In this document: one piece after another, positions 17,387 through 26,027 of the stretch
Numbering within the stretch: position 1 is the stretch's first letter
Layout of the letters: the number at the start of each line of letters is the position of its first letter
Source of the DNA: Candidatus Fervidifonticultor quintus
GTDB lineage: Bacteria > Sysuimicrobiota > Sysuimicrobiia > Sysuimicrobiales > Humicultoraceae
DNA length: 29,652 nt
Assembly (NCBI GenBank): GCA_031459535.1
Contig: JAVKIJ010000036.1
Coordinates: 1 to 29,652, forward strand
Direction: 5' to 3'
Position numbers and translations under genes: made by a program
The notes under the pieces: model-generated
What the model saw: only the letters and a program-made list of their open reading frames with translations
Database searches by the model: none
Told to the model about the DNA's origin: nothing

Positions 17387-18361
17387 ATGGCGGTGGCGAT
17401 CACCCGTTCGGCACAGGTCGAAGCGTTGATCCGGGAGATCCGAGAGGTGACCCGCGGGGCCCCCGTAGTGGTGGCCTTCAGCGGCGGGCTGGACTCCTCG
17501 ACGGTGGCCGCCCTGGCGCGTGAGGCGCTGGGGCCCGCAAACGTGCTGCTCGTGACGGTCAACATGGGGCAGTACGCCTATGAGCGCGGCAACGCCATCG
17601 TGCTGGAGATGGCCAGGCAGCTCGGCCTGCAGCAGCGCTGCCTGCTGGGTCAGAAAATGCAGCACATCGTCCAGCGCGGCGGCCCGGCGTGTAACCGCTG
17701 TACCCGCCAGATCAAGCTGGGCATGGTGAAAGCGGCGGCGCGCGGCCGGTTGGTGCTCACCGGGTCCAATCGGAGTGACACCTGGGGCAAGATGGGGGTC
17801 CGGCTCCAGGGTGGATTCTATTCGCCGCTGCTCGACCTGGACAAGCCGACGATCCGCGCCATGGCCGCAGAGTTGAATCTGCGGATTCCGAGGATCGGCG
17901 AGCACTTCGGCCGCGAAGGCTGCAAGCTCAAGCACCTACTGAAGCCGTTGATCAATCCCGACTACCACGGGCGCGCGGTGGCCGAGGCCAACGAGGTCTT
18001 GCTGCGGGTCCTGGCCGAAGCGGGCTTTCACCCCCACCTGGCCAACGTCAAGATTATCGGGCCGCTCGCGCGCAACATTGGCCTGGTCAACGTGATCCCC
18101 GAGCTCCCCGAGGCGCTGCGGACGGCAGTCCTCGACGCTCTACGCGTCATCCCGGTTCTTGATGACGTGCGCCTCATTAACCGGCCGACGCGACTCATTG
18201 TGAAGGCCGGCCCGGCCCTCGCCGGAGATCCGGCCGGCCGGCACTGGGTGGCCTGCGGCCGGCTGGCCCCGGACTTCGCGGCCCCCATTGAAGTCGAGTG
18301 GCGAGAAAGTCCCAACGGCAGGCTTCATACGTTTCACGTGGTGGACGCCGAGCCGCTGTAA
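17387..18361 (+). CDS. PP-loop ATPase, LarE-like (ExsB-family annotation likely), with CxxC...C triad
   Basis: VVAFSGGLDS PP-loop, PACNRC, LTGSNRSD, YSPLL, REGCKLK. Confidence 0.75.
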   Translation: MAVAITRSAQVEALIREIREVTRGAPVVVAFSGGLDSSTVAALAREALGPANVLLVTVNMGQYAYERGNAIVLEMARQLGLQQRCLLGQKMQHIVQRGGPACNRCTRQIKLGMVKAAARGRLVLTGSNRSDTWGKMGVRLQGGFYSPLLDLDKPTIRAMAAELNLRIPRIGEHFGREGCKLKHLLKPLINPDYHGRAVAEANEVLLRVLAEAGFHPHLANVKIIGPLARNIGLVNVIPELPEALRTAVLDALRVIPVLDDVRLINRPTRLIVKAGPALAGDPAGRHWVACGRLAPDFAAPIEVEWRESPNGRLHTFHVVDAEPL

Positions 18362-18365
18362 GGGG

Positions 18366-18391
18366 AGGAGTTTCCGGCCGCGCGCCAGAAC
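18366..18391 (+). promoter_or_regulatory. Putative SigH-like promoter of the sugar ABC cluster
   Basis: AGGA-N18-GAAC ending 9 nt before ATG 18401, which lacks a close SD. Confidence 0.5.
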
Positions 18392-18400
18392 TGCGAGCCG

Positions 18401-19666
18401 ATGCGCCGGGTGCGTCCTTTCGCCGCACTGATCGTCCTCACCGTGATCGCGCTGCTGCTCACCGTGGCGGTCGGGCGGAGCGGCAGTGCGTCTTCCGTCA
18501 CCCTTGAGTTCTGGACCATTTCGCTTCAGCCGTTCTTCAACGATTATGTGAACGGCCTGATTGCCGGATACGAGCGCGCGCATGCCGGCCTGCGGGTCCG
18601 CTGGGTGGATGTGCCCTTCGCGGCCGTCGAACAACGGCTCCTGGCGGCGCTGGCCGGCGGGGTCGCGCCGGACGTGGTCAACCTGAACGTGGAGATCATG
18701 GCGCGACTGGCCGAGCGCGGGGCGCTCGTGGACATGGACGCCGCGGTCCCGGCGGCCACCCGCGCCCGCTATTTCGACGGCCTGTGGCGCTCGATGCGGG
18801 TGCGCGGCCGCGCCTACGCTCTGCCGTGGTACGTCACGCCCAGCGTGATCGCCTACAACGCGGCCATCTACAGGAAGGCAGGCTTGAATCCCGGTGAACC
18901 GCCCAAGACCGAAGAGGAGATGATCCAGCAGGCCCGCGCCATCAAGGACCGGACGGGGATCTACGGCTTCATGCCCAACGTGGACGGCGTGCGGATGCTC
19001 CATCGTTTCCAGGAGAACGGTCTGCGGATCTTGAGCCCGGACGGGGGGAGGGCGGTCTTCAACTCGGTGGAGCACGTGCGGTACCTCACCCAGTACGTGG
19101 ATCTGTTGCGGGCCGACTACTTCCCCGAGGACACGTTGCGCCGCGGCTACCTGGGCGCCACCGAGCGCTACAGCGCCGGGCAGCTGGGGATGCTGATTAC
19201 CGGCCCGCAGTTCCTGCTGCGGGTCAAGCGCGACAACCCCGACGTCTACGCGCAGACATTCGTGGCCGCCTACCCCAAGGGCCGGGGCAACACGCTGCAC
19301 CTGGCGACGATGGCCGTCGCCGTGCCGAAAGCCAGCCGCTCGCCGCAGGCCGCGGTAGACTTCGCGCTATTCGTGACCAATGACGAGAATCAACTGGCGT
19401 TTGCCAGACAGGTGGTGGTCTTCCCGTCCACCAGGCAGGCCGCCGCGGACCCCTTCTTCAAGAAGGGTGGCGCCGGACCCGAAGACGTGGCCCGGAAGGT
19501 GGGTGCCGCCGACCTGGCCCACGCCCGCGACCTGAGCGTGGTCGTCCCCAACTCGGGAGACCTCTTCCGGATCTTCCGGGAGGCGGTCGAGAGCGCGTTC
19601 TACGGGAAGCGCAGCCCCAAGGATGCCCTCGACTGGGCCGTCAACCAGTGGAACGCCCGGCTGTGA
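18401..19666 (+). CDS. Carbohydrate (CUT1) ABC substrate-binding protein, resembling the putative chitobiose-type SBPs
   Basis: Signal peptide; LEFWTISLQP, APDVVNLN, YALPWY, YNAAIYRKAGL, PPKT. Confidence 0.88.
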   Translation: MRRVRPFAALIVLTVIALLLTVAVGRSGSASSVTLEFWTISLQPFFNDYVNGLIAGYERAHAGLRVRWVDVPFAAVEQRLLAALAGGVAPDVVNLNVEIMARLAERGALVDMDAAVPAATRARYFDGLWRSMRVRGRAYALPWYVTPSVIAYNAAIYRKAGLNPGEPPKTEEEMIQQARAIKDRTGIYGFMPNVDGVRMLHRFQENGLRILSPDGGRAVFNSVEHVRYLTQYVDLLRADYFPEDTLRRGYLGATERYSAGQLGMLITGPQFLLRVKRDNPDVYAQTFVAAYPKGRGNTLHLATMAVAVPKASRSPQAAVDFALFVTNDENQLAFARQVVVFPSTRQAAADPFFKKGGAGPEDVARKVGAADLAHARDLSVVVPNSGDLFRIFREAVESAFYGKRSPKDALDWAVNQWNARL

Positions 19667-21816
19667 GGTGGGCGCCGAGCGCGGCCCCGGTCGTACTGCT
19701 GATGGTCGCCGCCTCGCTGGCACCGGCGTGGTCGCACCCAGGCGTGTGGCCCGACGCGTATCGCACGCCGACTGCTGATGCCCGCATCATCCCTGCGCCC
19801 AAAGTCCTGCGCTGGCTGGACGCGCCGTTCGAGTTCGGCCGCCTGACGCGGATCGTCGTCGGGCCGGAGGCTACCGCCCAAGATCTCTACGCGGCCAGGG
19901 AGCTGAACGACGAGCTGGCCGCGTGGGGGGCGGCGCCGCTGGAGGTGGTGCGGGCGCCTAAGGAGGACAGCTCGGCCGCCGGCCTGCTCCACAACGCCGT
20001 GCTGGTGGGCGAACCCGCGGCCAACCCGGCTGTGGCCCGGGCCCTCGCCCAGGGTGGCCTGTGGGTCACCGCACGGGAGCCCGGCCCGGAAGGCTACGTG
20101 CTCGAGGTGGCGCCGGACCGCATCGTGGCGGCCGGTACCGACCGCCGGGGCACGTTCTACGCGGTCCAGACGCTGAGGCAGTTGATCCACCGTGAGGGAG
20201 GCAGACTCCTGGCGCGCGGCGCGATGATCCGCGACTGGCCGGACCACCCGATCCGTGCCGTGCACGTGGTGCTGGACAGTTACTCCGACGTCTTCCATGT
20301 GGCGCTCATCGACCGTGTCCTGGGTCGCTACAAGTTCAACATGCTCATTGCGGAGGCCCAGTACGTGCGCTGGGACAGCGCGCGGGCCATCTGGCACCCC
20401 CAGGGCGCCACAAAGGCGCAGGCGGCCGCCGTGGTGGCCGCGGCGCGGGAACACCTGATGGAACCCGTGCCGCTCATCCAGACGCTGGGTCATGCTGAAT
20501 GGCTCTTCTACAACGATCAGAACCTCGATCTGCTTGAGATGCCGGCCGACGTGGCGCCGGCGCGCTATGCCTACGACCCATTGAATCCGCGTGTGTACGA
20601 CGTGGTCCTGCCCATCCTCGACGAGGCCGTGGTGCTCTTCGGCGCCCGCGCCCTGCACATCGGACACGACGAGGTGCGCAATGTCGTGCCGTTTCCCTGG
20701 TCCGAGGAGGGCCGCCGGCTGGGGTTCGGCGAGCTGTTCGTGCGGGATACCGTGCGGCTCTACGAGCACCTGCGGCGGCGCGGCGTGCGCACCATGATGT
20801 GGGGCGACGTGCTGCTGACCAACGACTACGACCCGGCGCTACAAGGGCTGCCGCGCGACATTGTGATGGTGGACTGGCAGTACCACCCCGCCGCGCGCTA
20901 TCCGAGCCTCGGCCGATTCCGCGCCTGGGGGTACGAGGTGCTGGCCGCGACTTGGTACCGCCACGACAACATCGCCGCCCTCTCCCATGAGGCCAGGAAG
21001 GCGGGCGCTGGCGGTATGGTGCGCACCACGTGGACCGGTTACTTCGGCAACCGGTCGGCGCTGCAGGCGCAGTACCACCAGATCGCAAGCTACCTGGCCG
21101 CGGCCGAGCACTTCTGGAATGCCGGCGCACCGGCGCCGGCGCTCGACGAGATCGAGGCCGCCCGACGCTTCCGCCTGGACTGGCAGGCCGCACGGCCGGC
21201 GCCGGAGACGATCCCCGGGCAGCCGCTGGACCTCCGGGGTGCCGTCAACGTCAGTCACGTGGATGACGGCGCGGGATGGCTGGGGAAGGGAGCGGCCTAC
21301 GATCTCCGGAATCTTCCGGGAGGGCTGCGGCGCCTCGGTGGCGTGCAGTTCCTGATTCTCGATCCCGAGGAACATCGTGGCCGCAGCGTGATCCTGCTGC
21401 GCGGCACCCGCAGACCGCTCCAGGAGTTGCCCGAGGGCGCCACCGTCGGGTTCGGCGGGCGCGCGGGTGAGCTGTGCTTCCTGCACGCCCTGCCGTATCC
21501 GGCGACCCGGTACGGCGAACGGGTGGCGACCTACCGGGTGCGCTTCGGCGACGGGGGTGCGATCGAGATTCCGGTGCGGTACCGGATCGACATCGGTTCC
21601 TGGCTCGACGATCCGGTCTCCATGGACCACGAGGTCGTCTGGACGGGGCGGACGCGATCCGGCATCCCCGCTAGACTGACGATGCTCTGTTGGGTCAATT
21701 CCGATCCACAGCGGCCGATCGTCGCCATCGATCTGCGCGCGGCCAACGGCCAGACCGCGCCGGCAGTCTTCGCGATCACCGCGCTCGACCGCCCGCGGGC
21801 ATCCGGCCAGCCGTGA
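19663..21816 (+). CDS. Secreted GH20-like beta-N-acetylhexosaminidase with extra C-terminal domain
   Basis: Signal peptide; GH20 N-domain (IIPAPK, EGYVLEV, GTFYAVQTLRQL, IRDWP); QTLGHAE, catalytic HIGHDE, MWGD; GTGA overlap at 19663-19666. Confidence 0.85.
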   Translation: MRWAPSAAPVVLLMVAASLAPAWSHPGVWPDAYRTPTADARIIPAPKVLRWLDAPFEFGRLTRIVVGPEATAQDLYAARELNDELAAWGAAPLEVVRAPKEDSSAAGLLHNAVLVGEPAANPAVARALAQGGLWVTAREPGPEGYVLEVAPDRIVAAGTDRRGTFYAVQTLRQLIHREGGRLLARGAMIRDWPDHPIRAVHVVLDSYSDVFHVALIDRVLGRYKFNMLIAEAQYVRWDSARAIWHPQGATKAQAAAVVAAAREHLMEPVPLIQTLGHAEWLFYNDQNLDLLEMPADVAPARYAYDPLNPRVYDVVLPILDEAVVLFGARALHIGHDEVRNVVPFPWSEEGRRLGFGELFVRDTVRLYEHLRRRGVRTMMWGDVLLTNDYDPALQGLPRDIVMVDWQYHPAARYPSLGRFRAWGYEVLAATWYRHDNIAALSHEARKAGAGGMVRTTWTGYFGNRSALQAQYHQIASYLAAAEHFWNAGAPAPALDEIEAARRFRLDWQAARPAPETIPGQPLDLRGAVNVSHVDDGAGWLGKGAAYDLRNLPGGLRRLGGVQFLILDPEEHRGRSVILLRGTRRPLQELPEGATVGFGGRAGELCFLHALPYPATRYGERVATYRVRFGDGGAIEIPVRYRIDIGSWLDDPVSMDHEVVWTGRTRSGIPARLTMLCWVNSDPQRPIVAIDLRAANGQTAPAVFAITALDRPRASGQP

Positions 21817-22745
21817 CGGTGGCCGCTCGACCCGTCCGTCCCGTCCCCGCCGGCGTCTTCGGCCTCTCGCGCCGGCAGTGGCGCGCGACGATCGCGGCAT
21901 ATCTCTTCATGGCGCCGGCGCTGTGCGTGCTCGGCGTGTTCACCTTCTACCCCGTCGCCTTTGGGACCGCGCTCAGCCTGTTGCAGTACGACGTGATCTC
22001 ACCGCCCCGCTGGGTGGGGCTGGCGCACTTCCGTGCGCTGTGGGCCGACCGGTATTTCTGGACGGCGCTGTCCAACTCGGCGAAGTTCGTGCTGGTGGTG
22101 CCCGTGCTGCAGATCCTCTCCATCGGACTGGCCGTGGCGGTCAACCGGCCGCTGCCTGGGATCCGGTGGTTCCGCGCCGCCTACTACATCCCCGTGGTGA
22201 CCTCCATGGTCACGGCGGGCCTGATGTGGCGCTGGCTGCTGGAGCAGGACGGCCTGCTCAACTTCGTGTTGGTCGGGCTGGGCGTGCTGCGCCGGCCTAT
22301 CGCCTGGCTCGGACACCCCGACCTGGCGCTGTATGCCGTCATGTTCGTCACGCTGTGGAAGGGCCTCGGGTACTACATGGTCATCTACCTGGCCGGGCTG
22401 CAGGCGATCCCGCCCGAGTTCGAGGAGGCCGCGCTGGTCGACGGCGCCTCGCGCTGGCAGGTCTTCCGCTGGGTGACCCTGCCGCTGCTGCGGCCCTCGG
22501 TTCTCCTGGCCTCGACCATCTCTGGCATCGCCGCGGTCAAGGTGTTCGAGGAGGTCTACGTGATGACCGGCGGTGGCCCCATGTTTCGCACCTACACCAT
22601 GTTCCTCTATATCTTTGACAAAGGCTTCCAGCAACTGGACCTGGGCTATGCCGCGGCCCTGGCCGTGGTGCTGGCCGCCGTGGTGATGGTGCTGTCGGCG
22701 GTCAACTTCCGCGTCTTCCGCCAGGGTGGGTGGAGCTATGACTAG
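21813..22745 (+). CDS. Carbohydrate ABC permease (MalF/UgpA-like)
   Basis: AYLFMAPAL, WVGLAHF, LAGLQAIP.EFEEAALVDGA; GTGA overlap. Confidence 0.92.
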   Translation: MTVAARPVRPVPAGVFGLSRRQWRATIAAYLFMAPALCVLGVFTFYPVAFGTALSLLQYDVISPPRWVGLAHFRALWADRYFWTALSNSAKFVLVVPVLQILSIGLAVAVNRPLPGIRWFRAAYYIPVVTSMVTAGLMWRWLLEQDGLLNFVLVGLGVLRRPIAWLGHPDLALYAVMFVTLWKGLGYYMVIYLAGLQAIPPEFEEAALVDGASRWQVFRWVTLPLLRPSVLLASTISGIAAVKVFEEVYVMTGGGPMFRTYTMFLYIFDKGFQQLDLGYAAALAVVLAAVVMVLSAVNFRVFRQGGWSYD

Positions 22746-23559
22746 GCGAGCCCCAGGCCTGATCGTGCGGTACGCCGGCCTGCTGGCCCTGGCGGTCTTC
22801 ACCACGTTCCCGCTGCTCTGGCTGCTGGCGGTGGCGCTGCGCGCCAGCGGCCGCGTCTTTGGATTCCCCCCGCCGCTGGTGCCCTGGCCGCCGTCGCTGG
22901 TCAACTTCGCGACGGTCTGGCAGACCATGCCGCTGCCCCGGTTCTTTGCCAACACGCTGCTGTTGTGCGGGATCGCGGTCGGCCTCAACCTGGTGCTGTG
23001 CTCGATGGCGGCGTATCCCCTGGCGCGCATGGAGTTCCCGGGACGCCGGGTGGTGTTCGGGTTGCTGCTCTCCACACTGATGCTGCCGGGCCACGTGGGC
23101 ATGATCGTCAACTTCGTCACGCTGCTGCGCCTGCGCCTAGTGGACACCTACGCGGGCGTGTTGCTGCCCGGGGCGGTGTCGGTCTTTGGGATCTTCCTAC
23201 TGCGGCAGGCGTTCCTGACCGTACCGCGCGAGCTGGAGGACGCCGCCCGCCTGGACGGCGCCTCCGAGCTGGTGATCTGGTGGCGCATCATGCTGCCGGT
23301 GATCGCGCCGGCCCTGGCCGCTCTGGCCTTGTTCGAGTTCGTCGCCGTGTGGAACTCGTTCCTCTGGCCCCTGATCGTGTTGAAGACACCCGACCGCTAC
23401 CCGCTGGCCGTGGGGCTCCTCTACCTGTCGGGTCTGTTCGCCCACAACACCCGCGCTGTGGCCGCGGGTGCGGTGCTGATGACGGTGCCCATCATCGTCG
23501 TCTTCCTGTTCACCCAGCGGTACTTCATGCGCGGCCTGACCGTCGGGGCGGTGCGGTGA
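22738..23559 (+). CDS. Carbohydrate ABC permease (MalG/UgpE-like)
   Basis: AAYPLARMEFPGR, ELEDAARLDGA, WNSFLWPL, QRYFMRG. Confidence 0.92.
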   Translation: MTRRAPGLIVRYAGLLALAVFTTFPLLWLLAVALRASGRVFGFPPPLVPWPPSLVNFATVWQTMPLPRFFANTLLLCGIAVGLNLVLCSMAAYPLARMEFPGRRVVFGLLLSTLMLPGHVGMIVNFVTLLRLRLVDTYAGVLLPGAVSVFGIFLLRQAFLTVPRELEDAARLDGASELVIWWRIMLPVIAPALAALALFEFVAVWNSFLWPLIVLKTPDRYPLAVGLLYLSGLFAHNTRAVAAGAVLMTVPIIVVFLFTQRYFMRGLTVGAVR

Positions 23560-25079
23560 GACGGGTGCTCTTCATCCCGCTCGACGACCGTCCGGCGACC
23601 CGCCAGACCGCGCTCGATCTGTTGCCGCTGCTGGGCACCGCGTGGGACACGCCGCCCAGGGACCTGCTGGGTCACCGACGGCGGCCCGCCGACCTCGACA
23701 GCCTGTTCCGGTGGGCCGACCGCGAGGCGTCCGGCGCCGACGCGCTGATCGCCTCCGCCGAGGTGCTCATCCACGGCGGTCTGGTGGCGTCCCGGCTGAG
23801 CGTGGATCCCATGGAGGTCCTGTGGCGCCGGCTGGACCGGGTGGTCAGGCTCGCGGCACGCGCGCCCACGTATCTAAGCGCGGTGAACATGCGCATCCCG
23901 ACCGGCGGCGCCGAAGAAGAGCCGAGCTACTGGGGGCCCTACGGTGATATGCTCCGCGCCCACTCGGCCCACCTCGACGCTGGCGAGCAGATCGGCGACG
24001 ATGCCCGACTGCGGAAGGCGGTGGAGGCCCTCGAGCAGATCCCCGCGCCCGTGGTGGACGACCTACTGCGCCGCCGCCGTCGCCAGCTGCTGATCAACCT
24101 GGAACTGATGGCGCTGGTCGCGCGCGGGCATCTCTCGGCGCTGCTGATCGGACAGGACGACGCGGAGCCCTTCGGGCTTGCCCGCGCCGACCTGGCGGTG
24201 CTCCGCCGATTCCGACAGCGTCTGGGCGGGGATCGCGTCTACGTCTCCGTTGGCGCCGATGAACTCGGGGCCCGGCTGCTGGCCCGGCTGGCCACAGACC
24301 ACGAGCCCCGGCCCCCGCGCGTGGCCGTCCGCTATACGTTTCCCGAGGCCCGGCGCAGCATCCCGCGCTACGAGCCCGCTCCACTGGAGGAGACCGTCGC
24401 CGGCCACCTGGAGGCCGCGGGGTGCGAGACCGTCGCCGACGATCCCGACATCCTGCTGTGGGTGCACAACTTCGCCGGGGTCCAGCAGCGTGAGTCCGCC
24501 GATCAGCGGGGCGCGCCGCCGGCCCCCGTGCGCTCGGTCGCCGCGGCACTGACCGAGGCGGCCAGCCGGGGCATTGTCTGCGGGTGCGCCGATGTCCGCT
24601 TCGCCAACGGCGCCGACGACGCACTGGTGCGCTCGTTGCTGGCGCGCGAGGACCTGGCCGGCCTGGCCGGCTATGCCGGATGGAACACCTGCAGCAACAG
24701 CCTGGGCACCACGGTGGCGCAGGTGGTTCTGGCCCACTACGCCCGCAGCCGCCTGGGTGAGGTGCGCCTGCGCCAGATCCGACGCCGCTACTTGGCGCGC
24801 CGGCTCCTCGACGATTGGGGCTACCAGGCCATCGTGCGACCGTACTTGGCGGCCGAGGTCTTGCCCAGGCTCGGCGCCGACGCGACGCATCTTGGCGAGG
24901 CGGAGCCGGCAGTGCGCGAGGCCGCGGTCCGCGTCCTGCGGGAAAAGGTGCTCCCATCGGTGGAGCGCGCCCTGGGCCCGTCCGGCTTTGTGGGCATCTC
25001 GTTTCCCTGGGACCGGCTGTTCGAAGTTGACGTCCACCTGGCTGACGATCCCGAGCGCGGCGGCGGGCGCGATTGGTAG
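23556..25079 (+). CDS. DUF4127 family protein
   Basis: IPLDDRP N-terminus, GQDD, GADE, ADVRFANG, YAGWNT.SNSLG, DDWGYQ, PWDRLFE; GTGA overlap with the permease. Confidence 0.8.
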   Translation: MRRVLFIPLDDRPATRQTALDLLPLLGTAWDTPPRDLLGHRRRPADLDSLFRWADREASGADALIASAEVLIHGGLVASRLSVDPMEVLWRRLDRVVRLAARAPTYLSAVNMRIPTGGAEEEPSYWGPYGDMLRAHSAHLDAGEQIGDDARLRKAVEALEQIPAPVVDDLLRRRRRQLLINLELMALVARGHLSALLIGQDDAEPFGLARADLAVLRRFRQRLGGDRVYVSVGADELGARLLARLATDHEPRPPRVAVRYTFPEARRSIPRYEPAPLEETVAGHLEAAGCETVADDPDILLWVHNFAGVQQRESADQRGAPPAPVRSVAAALTEAASRGIVCGCADVRFANGADDALVRSLLAREDLAGLAGYAGWNTCSNSLGTTVAQVVLAHYARSRLGEVRLRQIRRRYLARRLLDDWGYQAIVRPYLAAEVLPRLGADATHLGEAEPAVREAAVRVLREKVLPSVERALGPSGFVGISFPWDRLFEVDVHLADDPERGGGRDW

Positions 25080-25173
25080 GGAGAAGAAGGATTTCGGCAA
25101 AGCGCTTGAAGTAAAGGACGCGGCGGCAGGGGCAGGCAGCCGTGGAGGGCTAGTCGGGAGCGGGGACGAAACC

Positions 25174-25306
25174 CGAGGACGTCGGGACCGTGGGGTCGCG
25201 GACTTCGTGATTGGAGCCCACGCACAACTGCAGGCTGACGCCCTGCTGTCACGACCGCGGGTTCTACCGCCAATACTTTCGGGGCCTCCGGGTGATCGAC
25301 CCGAGC
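25174..25306 (+). pseudogene. Frameshifted C-terminal remnant of a PIN-domain (VapC-like) toxin
   Basis: Frame 1 RGRRDRGVADFVIGAHAQLQADALLSR (to 25254) continues in frame 2 as DRGFYRQYFRGLRVIDPS (from 25253); no N-terminal half or start. Confidence 0.72.
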
Positions 25307-25318
25307 GCCGGATGCCCC

Positions 25319-25990
25319 GTGGCTGATCCCCTCTCGCGCCGGGGGCTGTTGATCGTCAGCCTGCCCCGCAACGATGCCGCACTGGCCCGAGCCGCCAGAG
25401 ACAGCGGCGCCGACCTCCTCAAGGTCCACGTCAACGTCTATCACCGAGCCTCGGGGACGCGCTTCGGATCACTCGATGACGAGGAGGAGGCGCTGGCGCA
25501 GGTCCTGGCCGTGGGCCTCCCGACCGGCATCGTGCCGGGAGAGGAGACGATGGTGGCGCCCGACGACCTGCCGCGGCTGCGGCGGTTCGCCTTCATCGAC
25601 GCCTACGTGCACCGGCTGCCCCTGTTCCTCTACGAGGCCGGCATTCCCGTGATCCCCGCGGTCCCTCACGACTATCCGGCGAGCGCCGTCAGCTCACTGG
25701 CCGCGCTGCCCGGTGACTGGCTCGAGGCGGCGCTGGTGCCCCCGGACGGGTACGGCCGCGACCCGACCGCCGCCGACCTGGCGGCGCTGGCGCACCTGGG
25801 CGCCCGCACGCGCCGGCGCCTGATCGTACCCACCCAACGCCGCATTCGGCCGCAGGACGTCCCGCGCTACCTGGCGATACCACAGGTCTGGGCCCTGATG
25901 ATCGGCGCCGTCGTCACCGGCCGCACGGCGCGCGGGATCGGCCGGGCGACAGAGCAGTTCCGCCGAGCCCTGGACGACCTGAAGGCATGA
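25319..25990 (+). CDS. Conserved hypothetical protein, probable ribulose-phosphate-binding TIM barrel (distantly NanE-like)
   Basis: GLLIVSLP, ARAARDSGADLLKVHVNVYHRASG, C-terminal ALMIGAVVTG; GTG 25319 chosen because the upstream extension is the PIN remnant. Confidence 0.65.
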   Translation: MADPLSRRGLLIVSLPRNDAALARAARDSGADLLKVHVNVYHRASGTRFGSLDDEEEALAQVLAVGLPTGIVPGEETMVAPDDLPRLRRFAFIDAYVHRLPLFLYEAGIPVIPAVPHDYPASAVSSLAALPGDWLEAALVPPDGYGRDPTAADLAALAHLGARTRRRLIVPTQRRIRPQDVPRYLAIPQVWALMIGAVVTGRTARGIGRATEQFRRALDDLKA

Positions 25991-26027
25991 CAGCGCAGCT
26001 GCTGGTGGCCTGTGGGGTCCGGGTCCC

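Noticed and set aside
17387-18361. queC call, making a queuosine operon with queG
   Set aside because: Lacks the QueC C-terminal four-Cys zinc motif; motif order is LarE-like; no queD, queE, queF, queA or tgt present
25211-25318. N-terminal 36 aa of the 259-aa ORF
   Set aside because: Derived from the PIN remnant; barrel-like sequence starts at GTG 25319
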